From Alphaproteobacteria bacterium (GTDB taxonomy: Bacteria > Pseudomonadota > Alphaproteobacteria > Bin95): a DNA stretch of 64,000 bases. Position 1 is the first letter of the stretch, and every line of letters starts with the position of its first letter. Shown piece by piece: positions 49,259-64,000 of this stretch. Below the pieces are notes generated by a model, which saw nothing but the letters and a program-made list of their open reading frames with translations, ran no database searches and was not told the origin of the DNA. The translations under genes and the position numbers were made by a program. The DNA is taken from NCBI GenBank assembly GCA_964291285.2, contig OZ219787.1:288001-352000 (forward strand), in the 5' to 3' direction.

Positions 49259-50262
49259 GGTGCGCGGCCGATCCCCGACGCCACCACGGACTCGGGCAGC
49301 TCGCTGTCGAAGCAGCGCTGGAAATACTCGGCCACGATGGGCCGCTCCGCCTCGTCGCACTTGTTGAGGAAAGTGACGCGGAAGGCGAAGCCGAGATCGT
49401 TGAAGATGCGCGTGTTCTCGGCCCATGTGATGACGGTGCGCGGCGACATGACGGTGGAAATGTCGCCGTTCATGAAGCCCCGGCGGGTGAGCTCCGCAAG
49501 CTGGATCATCTGCTTGCCGCGCTCGAGCCCCTTCTTGTCGGAGAGCTCCGGCACCTTGGCGAGGATGATCTTCAACTCCTCGTCCTCGGGCAGGTAGTTC
49601 AGGGTCGCCACCACGTTCCAGCGGTCCATCTGGCCCTGGTTGATCTGCTGGGTGCCGTGATAGAGGCCGGTCGTGTCGCCGAGGCCGACCGTGTTCGAGG
49701 TCGCGAACAGCCGGAAGGACGGGTGCGGGCGGATGACCCGGTTCTGGTCGAGCAGCGTCATCTTGCCCTCGACCTCGAGCACGCGCTGGATGACGAACAT
49801 CACGTCCGGGCGGCCGGCATCATATTCGTCGAAGACGATGGCGGTCGCGTGCTGCAGCGCCCAGGGCAGCATGCCCTCGCGGAATTCGGTGACCTGCTTG
49901 CCGTCGCGCACCACGATGGCGTCGCGGCCGACAAGGTCGATGCGGCTCACATGGCTGTCGAGATTGATGCGGATGCACGGCCAGTTGAGCCGGGCCGCGA
50001 CCTGCTCGATATGGGTCGATTTGCCGGTGCCGTGATAGCCCTGGATCATCACGCGGCGGTTGTGGGCGAAGCCGGCCAGGATCACGAGCGTGGTCTGTTC
50101 GTCGAAATGGTAGGCGGTATCGATCTCGGGCACGTAGGCGTTCGCCTCCGAGAAGGCGGGCGCGACCATGTCCGTGTCGATCCCGAAGACCTCGCGCACG
50201 GAAATTGTCTTGTCGGGCTCGCGGGTATGCGCGTCGCTCTGGATGCCGTGCATCGTGCTCAT
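49255..50262 (-). CDS. cobS: Cobaltochelatase subunit CobS
   Basis: [46 protein letters not shown]. Confidence 0.96.
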   Translation of the reverse strand: MSTMHGIQSDAHTREPDKTISVREVFGIDTDMVAPAFSEANAYVPEIDTAYHFDEQTTLVILAGFAHNRRVMIQGYHGTGKSTHIEQVAARLNWPCIRINLDSHVSRIDLVGRDAIVVRDGKQVTEFREGMLPWALQHATAIVFDEYDAGRPDVMFVIQRVLEVEGKMTLLDQNRVIRPHPSFRLFATSNTVGLGDTTGLYHGTQQINQGQMDRWNVVATLNYLPEDEELKIILAKVPELSDKKGLERGKQMIQLAELTRRGFMNGDISTVMSPRTVITWAENTRIFNDLGFAFRVTFLNKCDEAERPIVAEYFQRCFDSELPESVVASGIGRAP

Positions 50263-50290
50263 GCGATTTTCCAACCGGCTTGGTGACAGG

Positions 50291-50824
50291 CTACCGGGCC
50301 GGCGCCGCCGAAAGCGCCTCGTGCAGGACCCGGTAGGCACGGGTTATGGATTTCATTCGTTCCTCCGACGCCGGGCAGCCGCCATTGGCGTCGGGATGGT
50401 GGTGCTTGACCAGTTCCTTATAGCGCGATTTCAGCGCGGGGAGAGTCATGTCGTCGGAAAGCGCCATGGCCGCTGCCGCTTCCGCCTCCGGGCTTCCGGG
50501 CGGCCAGCGCCGCGAGGGCGGCGTCCGGGCGGCGGCTCCGCCGAAGATGTCGAGGGGATCGTCGAAGGCGGGTGAGGCGCTGAAGCGGCCATACCGCCCG
50601 CCGGGCTCCAGGCTGCTGCGCACCGCCGCGTCGATATCCGCCCGGTCCATATCGGGGCAGAAGCTCCATTCGCGGTTGTAGGCGCGGACATGGTCCAGGC
50701 AGAACCAGACATAGTCGTGCAGCCGGTCCGATGCGCGCGGCGCCGGATAGGAGGCTGCCGCCCGGCAGCCCGGCCATTCGCAGCGGGCGCCGGGAGCGGG
50801 GCGCTGTCGGGTGTGATAGACCAT
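50291..50824 (-). CDS. DnaJ-domain protein
   Basis: CEWPGC...[12 protein letters not shown]-terminus and C-terminal HHPD J-domain; usual bolA-cobS context. Confidence 0.88.
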   Translation of the reverse strand: MVYHTRQRPAPGARCEWPGCRAAASYPAPRASDRLHDYVWFCLDHVRAYNREWSFCPDMDRADIDAAVRSSLEPGGRYGRFSASPAFDDPLDIFGGAAARTPPSRRWPPGSPEAEAAAAMALSDDMTLPALKSRYKELVKHHHPDANGGCPASEERMKSITRAYRVLHEALSAAPAR

Positions 50825-50874
50825 GACCGTCCGAGTATGGAAACACCGCAGCAAGGGAACAAGGGGGCCGGGCC

Positions 50875-51135
50875 ATGGCTGTCCGCGACGATATCGCCCG
50901 CAAGCTCCGCGAGGCGTTCGAGCCGAGCCGGCTCGAGGTGATCGACGAATCGCACCTGCATGCAGGCCATGTCGGCGCCCGGCCGGGCGGGGAATCGCAT
51001 TTCCGCGTGGAGATCGCGGCCGGCGCCTTCCGTGGCATGAGCCGCGTCGCCCGGCAGAAGGCCGTGTATGGCGTGCTGGCCGAGGAGATGGCGGGGCCGG
51101 TGCATGCGCTGTCGATCCGGGCGGAGGACGGTTAG
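50875..51135 (+). CDS. bolA: BolA family protein
   Basis: VIDESHLHAGH, GESHF, VHALSI. Confidence 0.92.
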   Translation: MAVRDDIARKLREAFEPSRLEVIDESHLHAGHVGARPGGESHFRVEIAAGAFRGMSRVARQKAVYGVLAEEMAGPVHALSIRAEDG

Positions 51136-51716
51136 CCCGGCCGGGCCGGCTCCGCCTCGCGGTATTCCTCCGGCCAGAGCGTCCTGACCACCGGGCTCGA
51201 CCGGGCGAACGCCATGCAGGAGTCGAGGCCGGGACCGCCCTTCATGCTCTCCGCCTCGCTCATGCCGGCCTGTCGGCGCTGATGCTCCCGCCAGGGGCCG
51301 AGGGTCTGGTAGGCGCTGGTGCCGAGCGGATAGAGCAATTCCAGGATATGCGTGCAGCCGGCGGTCCGGCCGTAACGCTCCTTGACCCGGCGCATCCAGC
51401 CCGGGCCGATGCGCAGCCCGACAAGGCGGGAAAAGTTCCCGGCGGCGTCCGCGCAGACGGCATAAGGGCTTTCCAGCGTCTCGGCTTCGGCGGCGAGGAT
51501 CGTCAGGCGGTCGTCGAGGGTGAGCCTGACCCGCATCCGGTGGACCGGGACGCCCGGCTCGACCCGACCGCGCCAGTGGTTCTCGAAGGCGTAGGTCTTG
51601 GTATCGACGAGTTCGGCCTCCAGGTCCCAGAGCCCGTCCTCGCGCAGGAAACCCTCGCAACGGACCTGGCGGCTGTGGATGTGGCGGCGGCGGGGCGCAG
51701 GCGGGGAGAGCGGCAA
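51132..51716 (-). CDS. DUF2889 family protein
   Basis: REDGLWDLEA..VDTK, VHRM, PY..C, GCTHILELL, DSC. Confidence 0.8.
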   Translation of the reverse strand: MPLSPPAPRRRHIHSRQVRCEGFLREDGLWDLEAELVDTKTYAFENHWRGRVEPGVPVHRMRVRLTLDDRLTILAAEAETLESPYAVCADAAGNFSRLVGLRIGPGWMRRVKERYGRTAGCTHILELLYPLGTSAYQTLGPWREHQRRQAGMSEAESMKGGPGLDSCMAFARSSPVVRTLWPEEYREAEPARPG

Positions 51717-51770
51717 GGGCGGACGTTTCCTTCGCTGGGAGGCCGGGGTCGGCGGGCAGGGGACGGGGGC

Positions 51771-54464
<2,694 letters not shown>

Positions 54465-54587
54465 GAAGCGTTCCCCGAAAGATGGCAGGCCGGCCCGCAG
54501 GCGTCCCGCCCTTCGGCCAAGATTTAGAAACGCGGCCCGCCGCTGTCAACGCATCGGCGTCTTGGGCGACGGGCCGCGGGGAACCGA

Positions 54588-54797
54588 TCAGACGAATTGG
54601 ATGTTGTCGGCTGCGAATTTGCCCTTGCGCGGATCCCGGCGCAGTTCATAGCTGATCCGCTGGCCCTCGGCCGGAGCATTGAGGCCGGCGCGCTGCACCG
54701 CCGAAATATGGACGAAGACGTCGGCCCCGCCCTCGTCGGGTTCGATGAACCCGTATCCTTTGGTCGTGTTGAACCATTTCACGGTACCGGTAGCCAT
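54588..54797 (-). CDS. Cold-shock protein
   Basis: [21 protein letters not shown]. Confidence 0.93.
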   Translation of the reverse strand: MATGTVKWFNTTKGYGFIEPDEGGADVFVHISAVQRAGLNAPAEGQRISYELRRDPRKGKFAADNIQFV

Positions 54798-54900
54798 ACG
54801 AATCGACACTCCTTAGTCACGGCACGTCGTCTCTTTTCGGGTATTTGTTCAACGTCACGCGACGTGGTCGCGACGCAATCCGCCTTGTCATGGCGGCGGA

Positions 54901-55218
54901 CTATACCACGTTTGTCTCCATGAGCGCGCGGATATCCCGCAACTCCTCCAGAATGCTCCGCAATTCGGATTCCGGCACGTCCTGCCCCGACAGCGCCCTG
55001 CGCGCGCCCTCGATGGTGAAACGCCGTTCATGCAGCAGTTCGCGAATGGCCAGAATCGTATCGACATCCTCAGGGCGGTAATAGCGCCGCCCGCCGGCCC
55101 GCTTCAACGGCTGCAATTGTGGAAATTTGCTCTCCCAGAAACGAAGCACATGGGGCTCGAGCCCGACCTCCCGCGCGACTTCCGATATCGTGCGATAGGC
55201 GGTCGGGTGTTTTTCCAT
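54901..55218 (-). CDS. MerR family regulator
   Basis: TISEVA...HVLRFWE..F...[10 protein letters not shown]; follows ihfA. Confidence 0.92.
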   Translation of the reverse strand: MEKHPTAYRTISEVAREVGLEPHVLRFWESKFPQLQPLKRAGGRRYYRPEDVDTILAIRELLHERRFTIEGARRALSGQDVPESELRSILEELRDIRALMETNVV

Positions 55219-55230
55219 GGAAGCCGGCGC

Positions 55231-55539
55231 CTACTCCGCCGCCGCGCCGCCCGCATTGACGCGCTGCTTCAACACCTGCGACGCGCGGAACGCGACCACG
55301 CGGCGAGGCGGAATGGCGACCTCTTCGCCGGTGCGCGGGTTGCGCCCCGTCCGCTCGCCCTTCATCCGCATGGTAAACGTGCCGAAGGAGGAGATCTTGA
55401 CCGTGCCTTCGGACTCCAGCGCCCAGACGAGTTCTTCCAGAACGGCTTCCACCAGCATTGCCGAATCGCTTCGCGAGAGGCCGATATTGCGATAGACCGC
55501 CTCGCAGAGGTCGGCGCGGGTCAGGGTCCTGCCACTCAT
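55231..55539 (-). CDS. ihfA: Integration host factor alpha
   Basis: [24 protein letters not shown]. Confidence 0.94.
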   Translation of the reverse strand: MSGRTLTRADLCEAVYRNIGLSRSDSAMLVEAVLEELVWALESEGTVKISSFGTFTMRMKGERTGRNPRTGEEVAIPPRRVVAFRASQVLKQRVNAGGAAAE

Positions 55540-55600
55540 GAAAAGGACGCTAACCCGGACGCATATGTCCGGTCAACGCAGATACGGGCGGCATTGGCGC

Positions 55601-56566
55601 TCACCATCGGGCGAGCGCCGCGCCCCAGGTGAAACCGCCGCCCATCGCCTCAAGCAGCAGCATGTCGCCTTCCGCGATCCGCCCGTCCCCGACACCGGCC
55701 GCCAGGGCCAGGGGAATCGAGGCGGCCGAAGTGTTGGCGTGGCGGTCCACCGTCACGATCACCCGGTCGTCGCCAATGCCGAGCTTGCGCCCGGTGGCGC
55801 GCAGGATGCGCAGATTGGCCTGGTGCGGCACGATCCAGTCGATGGCCTCGGGCCCGAGGCCGTTGGCCGTCAGCGCCTCGTCAACGACCTCGGTGAGATT
55901 GGTGACCGCGTGCTTGAAGACTTCCCGCCCCTTCATCCGCAAATGCCCGACGGTCCGGGTCGATGACGGACCGCCATCTACATAGAGCAGGTCGCCATGG
56001 CGACCGTCCGAATGCAGGTGGGTGGACAGGAGGTGGCGCGGATCGTCCTCGCAGGCTTCCAGCACCACCGCGCCGGCGCCGTCGCCGAACAGCACGCTGG
56101 TCTCGCGCTCGTTCCAGTCCAGGATCCGGGAAAAGGTCTCGGCGCCGATCACCAGCGCGCTTCGCGACTGGCCGGCGCGGATGAAATTGTCCGCCACGGC
56201 AAGCGCGTAGATGAACCCGGAGCAGACCGCCTGGACATCGAATGCAACGCCCTCCGTCATGCCGAGCCCGGCCTGGACGGCCGTTGCCGTGGAGGGGAAG
56301 GTCCGGTCGGGCGTCGCGGTGGCGAGCACGATCAGGTCGAGTTCACAGGCGTCCCTTCCGGCGGCAGCGAGCGCGCGCCTGGACGCTTCGAGCGCGAGGT
56401 CCGAGGTCTTTTCATCCGGCGCGGCGATCCGCCGCTCGCGGATGCCGGTGCGTTCGCGGATCCAGGCGTCGGAGGTGTCCATGCGGGCCGCGAGCTCGTC
56501 ATTGGTGACGACGCGCTCCGGCAGATAGCCGCCGACGCCCCGGAATTGCGCCCGCCGTCCGGTCAA
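55601..56566 (-). CDS. fabH: 3-oxoacyl-ACP synthase III
   Basis: [31 protein letters not shown]. Confidence 0.95.
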   Translation of the reverse strand: MTGRRAQFRGVGGYLPERVVTNDELAARMDTSDAWIRERTGIRERRIAAPDEKTSDLALEASRRALAAAGRDACELDLIVLATATPDRTFPSTATAVQAGLGMTEGVAFDVQAVCSGFIYALAVADNFIRAGQSRSALVIGAETFSRILDWNERETSVLFGDGAGAVVLEACEDDPRHLLSTHLHSDGRHGDLLYVDGGPSSTRTVGHLRMKGREVFKHAVTNLTEVVDEALTANGLGPEAIDWIVPHQANLRILRATGRKLGIGDDRVIVTVDRHANTSAASIPLALAAGVGDGRIAEGDMLLLEAMGGGFTWGAALARW

Positions 56567-57600
56567 GAGGCCGTCGCCGCCACCGGCGGCGCCATCCGCT
56601 CGAAGGCCGAGCGGACATCCTCAAGGAAACCGTGGCGGCTCATATCGACCGCAAAGCCGATCGCATTGGCGAACGAGAAGGCGTCCGAACTGCCATGGGC
56701 CTTGACGACGATGCCGTTCAACCCGACGAACACCGCGCCGTTGTAGCGGCGCGGGTCGAAACGGTCGCGCACTTTGTCGAGCGCCCGCCGCGCCAGCCAG
56801 AAACCCGCCATGCCGGCGAACGAGCTCTTCACCGCGCGCCGGAGCGCCGCGCTGTAAAGCCGCGCGGAACCTTCCAGCGCCTTGAGGGCGACATTTCCGG
56901 TGAAGCCGTCGGTCACCACCACATCGACGGCGCCGGCGGTTATGTCATCGCCCTCGATGAAACCCCTGAAATCGAAGCCGGGATCGGCAACGGCGCGGAG
57001 CCTGGCGGCGGCATCGCGCAAGGCCGTGCCCCCCTTCAGCTCCTCCTGGCCGACATTCAGCAGGCCGACCGTCGGGCGCCGGTCCAGGACCGCCGAAGCG
57101 AAAGCGGCGCCCATGACCGCGAACTGGAACAGGTTTTCGCCGTCGCATTCGATATTCGCGCCGAGATCGAGCATGGCGATTTCGGCGCGCAGGGTCGGCA
57201 TGATGGAGCAGATAGCGGGCCGGCCGACGCCCGGAGGCGTGCGCAGCAGGAACTTGGAAACGGCCATCAGCGCGCCGGTATTGCCGGCCGAAACGATGCC
57301 GGCGGCCTGACCGTCGCGCACCTTCGCTACGGCGTTCCACATCGACGAGCCCTCGCCGCCGCGCAGCGCCGAGGAGGGCCTGGCGTCATCGGCGATCACC
57401 TTTTCGGCGGCATGCAGCTCGACCCGGTCGCCAAAGCCCTTCAGCTTCGCCAGGCCGCGCTCCATCCGCGCCGGATCTCCATGGATCAGGAAGCGGGCTT
57501 CCGGGTAGCGCTCGCCGGCCAGGGCTGCGCCCCGAAGCACGATATCAGGCGCCCGGTCTCCGCCCATGCCGTCGAGCGCAATGACGATGGGATCGGGCAC
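56563..57600 (-). CDS. plsX: Phosphate acyltransferase PlsX
   Basis: [34 protein letters not shown]. Confidence 0.95.
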   Translation of the reverse strand: MPDPIVIALDGMGGDRAPDIVLRGAALAGERYPEARFLIHGDPARMERGLAKLKGFGDRVELHAAEKVIADDARPSSALRGGEGSSMWNAVAKVRDGQAAGIVSAGNTGALMAVSKFLLRTPPGVGRPAICSIMPTLRAEIAMLDLGANIECDGENLFQFAVMGAAFASAVLDRRPTVGLLNVGQEELKGGTALRDAAARLRAVADPGFDFRGFIEGDDITAGAVDVVVTDGFTGNVALKALEGSARLYSAALRRAVKSSFAGMAGFWLARRALDKVRDRFDPRRYNGAVFVGLNGIVVKAHGSSDAFSFANAIGFAVDMSRHGFLEDVRSAFERMAPPVAATAS

Positions 57601-57607
57601 AGGAGCC

Positions 57608-57796
57608 TTAGGCGGCTTCGTCTCTGGCTACGACGACCTCGCGGCCGCGGTAATAGCCGCATGCCGCGCAAACATGGTGCGGGCGCATCCGTTCGCCGCA
57701 ATTCGGGCATTCGACATGCGTTTCGGCGCCCAGACGGTGATGGGAACGGCGCTTGTCGCGGCGCGACCGGCTCACCTTCTTCTTCGGAACGGCCAT
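57608..57796 (-). CDS. rpmF: 50S ribosomal protein L32 (zinc-ribbon form)
   Basis: [19 protein letters not shown]...CPNCG...[11 protein letters not shown]. Confidence 0.95.
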   Translation of the reverse strand: MAVPKKKVSRSRRDKRRSHHRLGAETHVECPNCGERMRPHHVCAACGYYRGREVVVARDEAA

Positions 57797-57878
57797 CGGG
57801 CATCCTCTTTCGGATATCTGGCAGCGGCGTTGTCTATACCAAAGCCGCCGGGGCGGCAACCGCCGCCTGCCGCTCCGG

Positions 57879-59501
57879 TCATGCGGTCTCCGGGGCCGGC
57901 TCGACGCTGTCGATGGCTCCGGCAAGTTTGTCCGCGACGCCCTGCAATTCGACGGCGACGGTGTCCGCGCCCACCCGGCGCAATTCTTCCGCCCAGTGCT
58001 CGTCATGGGCGCGGGCGACGATGCGCAGGCGTGGGAAAATGTAGCGCAGCTGGCTAACGATGGTGACGGCGCGCCTGGGGTCGTTGAACGCCACGATGAC
58101 CGCGCTGGCACTCTCGACGCCGGCCGCCTCCAGCACTTCCGGACGGGCCGCATCGCCATGGAACACCTCGAAACCCAGCCGGCGGCCCGCGGTGATGTTG
58201 TCGGCATGGATGTCGATGCCGACCGGCAGCTTGCCCGCCTCCCGCAACTGGGCCGCGCATTCCCGGCCGGCGCGGCCGAAGCCGGCGACGACGACATGGC
58301 CCGAATGCGGCCCCGCGGCCTCCACCCGCTCGCCGGACTCCTGCGCGATGTCGGGCAGGATGCGGCGCCCGGCGAACGCCAGCAGCGGGGTCGCCGCCAT
58401 GGAAAGCGTGATCGCCATGCCGAGGAGCTGCGCATCCGGACTGTCCAGCAGCGAGCGCCCGACCGCCGCGCCCAGCAGCACGAAGCCGAACTCCCCGCTG
58501 CCCGCCAGCAGCAGCCCGACATAGATCGCCCGCCCCCTCGGCATGCCGAGCACGGCCCCGATTGCGGCGGCAACCGCGGTCTTGACCACCAGCAGGCCGA
58601 CCACGACGGCCGCCAGCGCGCCGGCCCGCGACACCACCCCGCCCGCGTCGATCGCCATGCCGACCGTCATGAAGAAGAGCCCGAGCAACAGGCCGCGGAA
58701 GGGCTGGATGACGGCCGCGACCTGATGGCGGTGGCGGGTGTCGGCCAGCAGCATGCCTGCAAGGAAGGCGCCGAAAGCCATCGAGAGGCCGGCGAGTTCG
58801 GTGGCGAGGCCCGTCGCCAGCACGATCAGCAGGGTGAGCGCGGTGAAGGTTTCGATCTGGCCGCCCTCGGAGAGCGGCCCGTAAATTGGACGCACCACCC
58901 AGCGTCCGACCGCCAGGATGCCCACCACGGCCGCGAGCGCCTTCAGCACCGACCAGAAGAGCGCTTCCGCCACCGCCTCCGGCGCGCCGCCGAGCACCAG
59001 CGTGATGACCAGCAGCGGACCGACGGCTATGTCCTGGACCAGAAGCACGGCGAAGGCGGACCGTCCCGCCTGGCTTGTCAGTTCGCCCCGCTCGGCCAGC
59101 AATTGCAGCACCATGGCGGTCGAGGAGAGCGCGAGCGCCGCGGCCACCACGAATGCGGCCTGGGGCGGCAGCCCGAAGGCGATCCCCGCGCCGGAGAACA
59201 CCGCCATGGTGAGCAGGACCTGCAGCAGGCCGAGGGCGAATTTGCCGCCCCCGAGAGCGCGCAGGCGGTCGAGCGGCAGCTCCAGCCCGACCGTGAACAA
59301 CAGGAAGACGACGCCGAACTCCGCCAGCGCGCGGGCGCTGTCGATCCGTTCGACCAGGCCGAGCGCATGGGGGCCGATGACGGCGCCGGCGCCGATATAG
59401 CCGAGCACCGCCGCCAGCCCGAGACGGCGGAACAGCGGCACCGCGACAACAGCCGCGAGCAGGAAGATCAGGACGTCAGCGAGATAGCTCGGATGGTCCA
59501 T
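57879..59501 (-). CDS. Kef-type cation:proton antiporter with TrkA-N domain
   Basis: [42 protein letters not shown]. Confidence 0.9.
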   Translation of the reverse strand: MDHPSYLADVLIFLLAAVVAVPLFRRLGLAAVLGYIGAGAVIGPHALGLVERIDSARALAEFGVVFLLFTVGLELPLDRLRALGGGKFALGLLQVLLTMAVFSGAGIAFGLPPQAAFVVAAALALSSTAMVLQLLAERGELTSQAGRSAFAVLLVQDIAVGPLLVITLVLGGAPEAVAEALFWSVLKALAAVVGILAVGRWVVRPIYGPLSEGGQIETFTALTLLIVLATGLATELAGLSMAFGAFLAGMLLADTRHRHQVAAVIQPFRGLLLGLFFMTVGMAIDAGGVVSRAGALAAVVVGLLVVKTAVAAAIGAVLGMPRGRAIYVGLLLAGSGEFGFVLLGAAVGRSLLDSPDAQLLGMAITLSMAATPLLAFAGRRILPDIAQESGERVEAAGPHSGHVVVAGFGRAGRECAAQLREAGKLPVGIDIHADNITAGRRLGFEVFHGDAARPEVLEAAGVESASAVIVAFNDPRRAVTIVSQLRYIFPRLRIVARAHDEHWAEELRRVGADTVAVELQGVADKLAGAIDSVEPAPETA

Positions 59502-59572
59502 GCCGGCCCTTCCGATGCCGGCCGGGCAGTTCGGCCGCCGGCAGGTTCAGCCGCGCCTCCACAAGGCGACCG

Positions 59573-59752
59573 TCAGCCGGAGCGCTCCAGGGCTGCGATT
59601 TCATCCTTCAACGCCAGCTTGCGTTTCTTGAGCGTCTGCAATTGCAGGTCGTCAGCGGAGGGATTGTTTTCAAGGGCGCGGATCTCGTCGTCGAGCGCAG
59701 CATGCTGGGCCGCTAGCGCCGCCCGGCGGTCCTGCAAGTCCGTCATGCGCAT
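59573..59752 (-). CDS. DUF465 (YdcH-like) small protein
   Basis: Manual translation MRMTDLQDRRAALAAQHAALDDEIRALENNPSADDLQLQTLKKRKLALKDEIAALERSG; below the ORF-track cutoff. Confidence 0.85.
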   Translation of the reverse strand: MRMTDLQDRRAALAAQHAALDDEIRALENNPSADDLQLQTLKKRKLALKDEIAALERSG

Positions 59753-59873
59753 CTTCCTCTTTGCTGCGATACTGCGGGCGCGCGCCGCCCGCAGGTCCCT
59801 TTGCGAGACTGGCCCATGACGGGCGGTTTGTCACCCCGCCGGCCGCTGCTACCGGCGAAGCGAGGACGAGACG

Positions 59874-60692
59874 ATGAAATCGATTCTGGTGCCGACCAAC
59901 GACCTGGACACACTGGAGAGCGTGCTTGCCGCCGCCGAGTGCCTGCGCGCCCGCATCGACGGCTGGCTGGAGGCCGCCCATTTCCACACCGACCCCTCCG
60001 CCATCATGGCGACCGACGACAGCGGCGCCGCGCTGCCGGCGCTCGTGGAGCGGTTCGAGCGCGAGGACGACCGCCGCGCCGCCGAGGCGCGGCGGCGGTT
60101 CGACGCCTTTGCCGAAGCCGCGGGACTCGGCGACCGGGCTGTCTGGTCGGAGAGCGAGACGGGCCTCGACAATCTCGGCAACCATGCCCGCGTGTATGAC
60201 GTCGTGGTGGTCGGCCGGCCGGTGAAGGGCTCCAGCGGGCCCTCGCTCGGCACGCTCGAGACGGCGCTGTTCGACAGCGGCCAGGCGATTCTGGCGGTGC
60301 CGTCCGGACCCCCGGCCGCGTTTGGCCGCAACATAATGATCGCGTGGAACGGCTCCTCCGAGACCGCCCGCACCATCCGCGCCGCGCTCGACCTGCTGCG
60401 CCTTGCCGAGCAGGTGACGGTGCTGACCGTGACCGGCATGACGGTGCCGGGGCCGACCGGAGAAGCGGTCGCGCGCCAGCTTCGCCGCGAGGGCATCGAG
60501 GCCGGCTCGCTGGTCGTCGAGGCGGGGCTCGGGGAGAGCGGCCACAAGACCCTTGAAGTCGCGGCCGAACGCGGCGCCGATCTGCTGCTCAAGGGCGGCT
60601 ATACCCGGGGCCGGCTGCGCCAGGCGCTGTTCGGCGGGCCGACCAACTATATCCTGTTCAATGCCGGACTCCCGGTGTTCATGGCGCATTGA
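59874..60692 (+). CDS. Universal stress protein (tandem USP)
   Basis: MKSILVP, IAWNGS, ADLLLKGGY...FGG.T. Confidence 0.88.
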   Translation: MKSILVPTNDLDTLESVLAAAECLRARIDGWLEAAHFHTDPSAIMATDDSGAALPALVERFEREDDRRAAEARRRFDAFAEAAGLGDRAVWSESETGLDNLGNHARVYDVVVVGRPVKGSSGPSLGTLETALFDSGQAILAVPSGPPAAFGRNIMIAWNGSSETARTIRAALDLLRLAEQVTVLTVTGMTVPGPTGEAVARQLRREGIEAGSLVVEAGLGESGHKTLEVAAERGADLLLKGGYTRGRLRQALFGGPTNYILFNAGLPVFMAH

Positions 60693-60734
60693 CAAGCCGG
60701 CCCGGCGTCTGCGACCATTCCCCCGCCGTTGATC

Positions 60735-60902
60735 TGCGCGGGAGAGTCCGGCGATCAGGGCCGGCGCCGAAGGAGCAACCGCCCCGGAAACTCTCAGGCA
60801 CCCGGACCGCGCGGGGAGGCAACTCTGGAAAGCGGGCGCATACGCCCCACCGAAGATGTAACGGCGACGCCGGAATCTTTCAGGTCGGACGGACAGAGGG
60901 GG
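60735..60902 (+). ncRNA. Tandem glycine riboswitch
   Basis: GGAGAG...CCGAAGGAGCAA...AAACTCTCAGGC then CTCTGGAAAG...CCGAAG...AATCTTTCAGG...GACAGAG, upstream of gcvT. Confidence 0.92.
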
Positions 60903-60950
60903 CAGACGGGCAGGCCGCAAGGGCAGGCCCGGAAGCCGGAGGGTCCGTCG

Positions 60951-62030
60951 ATGACCGATTTGCTCAAGACCCCGCTTCACGCGATGCACCTCGCCGCCGG
61001 CGCGCGCATGGAGCCCTTCGTGGGCTACGACATGCCGCTGCGCTATCCCGAGGGCAGCGTCGCCGAGCACAACCAGGCCCGCAACCGCGCGGCGCTGTTC
61101 GATGTCAGCCATATGGGCCAGCTGCGGCTGATGGGCGAGGGCGCCGATGCGGCCCTGGAGACGCTGGTGCCGGGCGACATACAGGGCCTCGGCGACGGCG
61201 CCATGCGCTACACCCTCTTCACCCTCGAAAACGGCGGCATCCTGGACGACCTGATCGTCTCCCGCGTGCCGGGCGGCCTCGGGCTGGTGGTCAACGCCGC
61301 GCGCCGGAACCGGGACGCGGAGCATCTTCGCAGCCATCTCGGCGGCAGGGTGGATATCGTGCCGGAGCCGGACCGCGCCCTGCTGGCCCTGCAGGGGCCG
61401 GCGGCGGCGGCGGTGCTGCCGGATTTCGCGGACCTGCCGTTCATGGCCTGGCGCGAGGGCGAGGCCTGCGGCGTGCCGGCCCGGGTCTCGCGGTCGGGCT
61501 ATACGGGCGAGGACGGTTTCGAGCTGTCGGTCGCCGGCGCCGACGCCGAAGCGCTCGCCGGGCGGCTGCTCGCCCATGAGGCCGTCGCCTGGGCGGGGCT
61601 CGACGCGCGCAACTCGCTCAGGCTGGAAGCGGGCCTCTGCCTCTACGGGCGGGACCTCGACGAGGATACGACGCCGCTGGAAGCCGGCCTTGGCTGGACG
61701 ATGCCGAAGCGCCGGCGCGAGGAGCGCGGCTTCCCCGGCGCGGCGCGCATTCTCGACAATCCTCCCACGCGCCGCCGCGCCGGCATGAGGCCCGAGGGCC
61801 GGGTCATCGCGCGCGAGGGCTCCGACCTGCTCGACGGCTCCGGCGAGCCGGTCGGCTGGGTGGCCAGCGGCGGTTTCTCGCCGGTGCTCGGCGGCCCGGT
61901 CGCCATGGGCTACCTGCCGCTCGCGCTCGCCGCGCCCGGCACGGAGGTCGCCTTCGACATCCGCGGGAAGCCGCGGCCCGGGCGGGTCGTCCGCCTTCCC
62001 TTCGTTCCCCACAACTATTTCCGAGGCTGA
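60951..62030 (+). CDS. gcvT: Glycine cleavage aminomethyltransferase T
   Basis: [44 protein letters not shown]. Confidence 0.95.
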   Translation: MTDLLKTPLHAMHLAAGARMEPFVGYDMPLRYPEGSVAEHNQARNRAALFDVSHMGQLRLMGEGADAALETLVPGDIQGLGDGAMRYTLFTLENGGILDDLIVSRVPGGLGLVVNAARRNRDAEHLRSHLGGRVDIVPEPDRALLALQGPAAAAVLPDFADLPFMAWREGEACGVPARVSRSGYTGEDGFELSVAGADAEALAGRLLAHEAVAWAGLDARNSLRLEAGLCLYGRDLDEDTTPLEAGLGWTMPKRRREERGFPGAARILDNPPTRRRAGMRPEGRVIAREGSDLLDGSGEPVGWVASGGFSPVLGGPVAMGYLPLALAAPGTEVAFDIRGKPRPGRVVRLPFVPHNYFRG

Positions 62031-62038
62031 GGACTCCG

Positions 62039-62419
62039 ATGGCAGTCAGGACCTACTACACGCGCGAACATGAATGGGTGCGGATCGAGGACGGTGTCGC
62101 GGTCTGCGGCATCACCGACTACGCCCAGACGCAACTGGGCGACGTCGTCTATGTCGAACTGCCGGAGGTGGGCGCGCGGGTCGCCCGCGACGGCGAGGCC
62201 GCGGTGGTCGAGAGCACCAAGGCGGCAAGCGACGTCTATGCGCCGCTGACCGGCACCATCGTCGCGGTCAATGAGCGGCTCGACGAGTCGCCCGACCTCG
62301 TCAACGAGTCCGCCGAGGACGCAGGCTGGTTCTTCCGCATGGAGGTCGATGACGAGGGCGAGCTGGACGAGCTGATGGACGAAGAGGGCTACCAGGCGTT
62401 CGTCGAGGAACTGGACTGA
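62039..62419 (+). CDS. gcvH: Glycine cleavage H protein
   Basis: [22 protein letters not shown], lipoyl site VESTKAASD. Confidence 0.96.
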   Translation: MAVRTYYTREHEWVRIEDGVAVCGITDYAQTQLGDVVYVELPEVGARVARDGEAAVVESTKAASDVYAPLTGTIVAVNERLDESPDLVNESAEDAGWFFRMEVDDEGELDELMDEEGYQAFVEELD

Positions 62420-63738
62420 TGCGCTACCTGCCGATCACCGGCGCCGACCGCAGCGAAATGCTGCAGGCGGTCGGCGCGCCGTCGGTGGAGGCGCTGTTCT
62501 CGGACGTGCCCGAAGATGCGTTGCTGGCGGAACCCGTGGACCTGCCGCGCCATGCCGGCGAATTCGAGGTCGAGCGGCGGCTCTCCCGCCTCGCCGCGCG
62601 CAACCGGGCGGCGGGCGCAGGCCCCTTCTTCTGCGGGGCCGGCAGCTACCGCCACCATATCCCGGCCTCCGTGGACTACCTGATCCAGCGCGGCGAGTTC
62701 CTCACCTCCTATACGCCCTACCAGCCGGAAATCGCCCAGGGCACCCTGCAATACCTGTTCGAGTTCCAGACCCAGGTCTGCCTGCTGACCGGCATGGAGG
62801 TCGCCAACGCCTCCATGTATGACGGCGCGACCGCGACGGCCGAGGCCGTGATGATGGCGAACCGCGTCACCCGGCGCTCGAAGGCGGTCGTCTCCGGCAA
62901 CCTCCACCCGCATTACCGCGACACGGCCGCGACCCTCGCGCGCTTCCAGGGCTTCACCCTGGAGGCCGGCCCACCCGTGCCGGCCGGCGGCGAGGACCTG
63001 GCGTCGCGGATCGACGGCGACACCTCCTGCGTCGTCGTCCAGTATCCGGACCTGTTCGGCAATATCGCCGACTTCTCGGAGCTCGCCGAAGCCGCCCATG
63101 CGAAGGGCGCGCTGCTGGTGGTCGTCGTCACCGAGGTCGTGGCGCTCGGCGCGCTCAAGCCGCCAGGGGAGATGGGCGCCGACATCGTGGCGGCGGAAGG
63201 CCAGTCCATCGGCAATGCGATGAGCTTCGGCGGCCCGCATCTCGGCCTCTTTGCGGCGCGCACGCGGCATATGCGCCAGATGCCGGGCCGGCTCTGCGGC
63301 GAGACCGTGGATGCCGAGGGCCGGCGCGGCTATGTGCTGACCCTTGCGACGCGCGAGCAGCATATCCGCCGCGAACGCGCGACCAGCAACATCTGCACCA
63401 ATTCGGGCCTCTGCGCGCTCGCCTTCACCATCCATCTGACCCTGCTGGGCGAGACCGGGCTGAAACGCCTGGCCGCGCTCAACCATGCGGGCGCCGTCTC
63501 GCTGGCCGACCGGCTCGGCGAACGGGTCGTGACCCCGGCCTTCTTCAACGAGTTCGCCGTGCGCCTCGACGGCGGTGCGGCCGAGGCGGTCGAGCGCCTT
63601 GCGGGCGACGGCATCCTTGCGGGCGTGCCCGTCTCGCGCCTCCATCCGGGCGCGGGACTCGACGACCTGCTGCTGGTCGCGGTGACGGAGACGGCGGACG
63701 CGGACGACATAGAGGCCCTGGCGGAGGCGCTCCAATGA
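62419..63738 (+). CDS. gcvPA: Glycine dehydrogenase subunit 1
   Basis: [38 protein letters not shown]. Confidence 0.96.
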   Translation: MRYLPITGADRSEMLQAVGAPSVEALFSDVPEDALLAEPVDLPRHAGEFEVERRLSRLAARNRAAGAGPFFCGAGSYRHHIPASVDYLIQRGEFLTSYTPYQPEIAQGTLQYLFEFQTQVCLLTGMEVANASMYDGATATAEAVMMANRVTRRSKAVVSGNLHPHYRDTAATLARFQGFTLEAGPPVPAGGEDLASRIDGDTSCVVVQYPDLFGNIADFSELAEAAHAKGALLVVVVTEVVALGALKPPGEMGADIVAAEGQSIGNAMSFGGPHLGLFAARTRHMRQMPGRLCGETVDAEGRRGYVLTLATREQHIRRERATSNICTNSGLCALAFTIHLTLLGETGLKRLAALNHAGAVSLADRLGERVVTPAFFNEFAVRLDGGAAEAVERLAGDGILAGVPVSRLHPGAGLDDLLLVAVTETADADDIEALAEALQ

Positions 63739-64000
63739 CCGGCAACTCCCACGACACGGTCTCCGGCGACCTCGGGCTCAGCATCGAGGAGCCGCTGATC
63801 TTCGAGCAGGACAGCCCCGGCGCCCTCGGCGTGGACTGGCCGGAAGCGGAAGCGGGCCCCGACCGGCTGGGCGGCCTTGCGCGCTCCGGCCCCATCGGCC
63901 TGCCGAGCCTGGCGGAGCCGACCGTGGTGCGCCACTACACCCGCCTCTCGCAGAAGAATTACGGCATCGACACGGGCCTCTTCCCGCTCGGCTCCTGCAC
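63735..64000 (+). CDS. gcvPB: Glycine dehydrogenase subunit 2, 5' part
   Basis: EEPLIFE...[25 protein letters not shown]; runs off the window. Confidence 0.92.
   Translation, partial: MTGNSHDTVSGDLGLSIEEPLIFEQDSPGALGVDWPEAEAGPDRLGGLARSGPIGLPSLAEPTVVRHYTRLSQKNYGIDTGLFPLGSC

Noticed and set aside
47393-51135. cobST as a cobalamin synthesis cluster
   Set aside because: Ordinary bolA-dnaJ-cobS-cobT arrangement; cobN and other cob genes are absent here.

Overview
GC-rich alphaproteobacterial chromosome segment (Rhodospirillales-like by gene content). It is mostly housekeeping and catabolic genes: ivd, thiOSGE, phnA, trxB, sseA-metC, a biotin carboxylase, a Liv-type ABC transporter, aidB, cobST, secA, rpmF-plsX-fabH-ihfA, and a glycine riboswitch with gcvTH-gcvPA-gcvPB. 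It also holds three accessory patches. (1) The most striking is ~13.3-17.8 kb, a two-gene module: a 909-aa NLR-like P-loop NTPase with 46-aa TPR repeats, translationally coupled to a 112-aa small, probably helical protein. The NLR N-terminus and the small protein C-terminus share one short motif (QTA...T(I/V)VQIQGDxNxV), the layout of an NLR/effector amyloid-signalling pair. The module sits in a 3405-bp unit between two copies of a 43-bp AT-rich palindrome, and that unit lies between the separated arms of a REP-like inverted repeat. (2) At ~24.3-28.3 kb, an integrase-less low-GC islet has inserted into phnA and duplicated a diverged 243-bp 3' end. It carries two IS5-family elements, one splitting a membrane-anchored ORF. 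(3) At ~44.9-45.7 kb is a lone lower-GC gene with faint RlmJ-like methyltransferase motifs. A non-coding array of 10-bp-phased TGTCATG repeats lies at ~31.15-31.41 kb. All calls come from reading motifs by eye; no searches were run.
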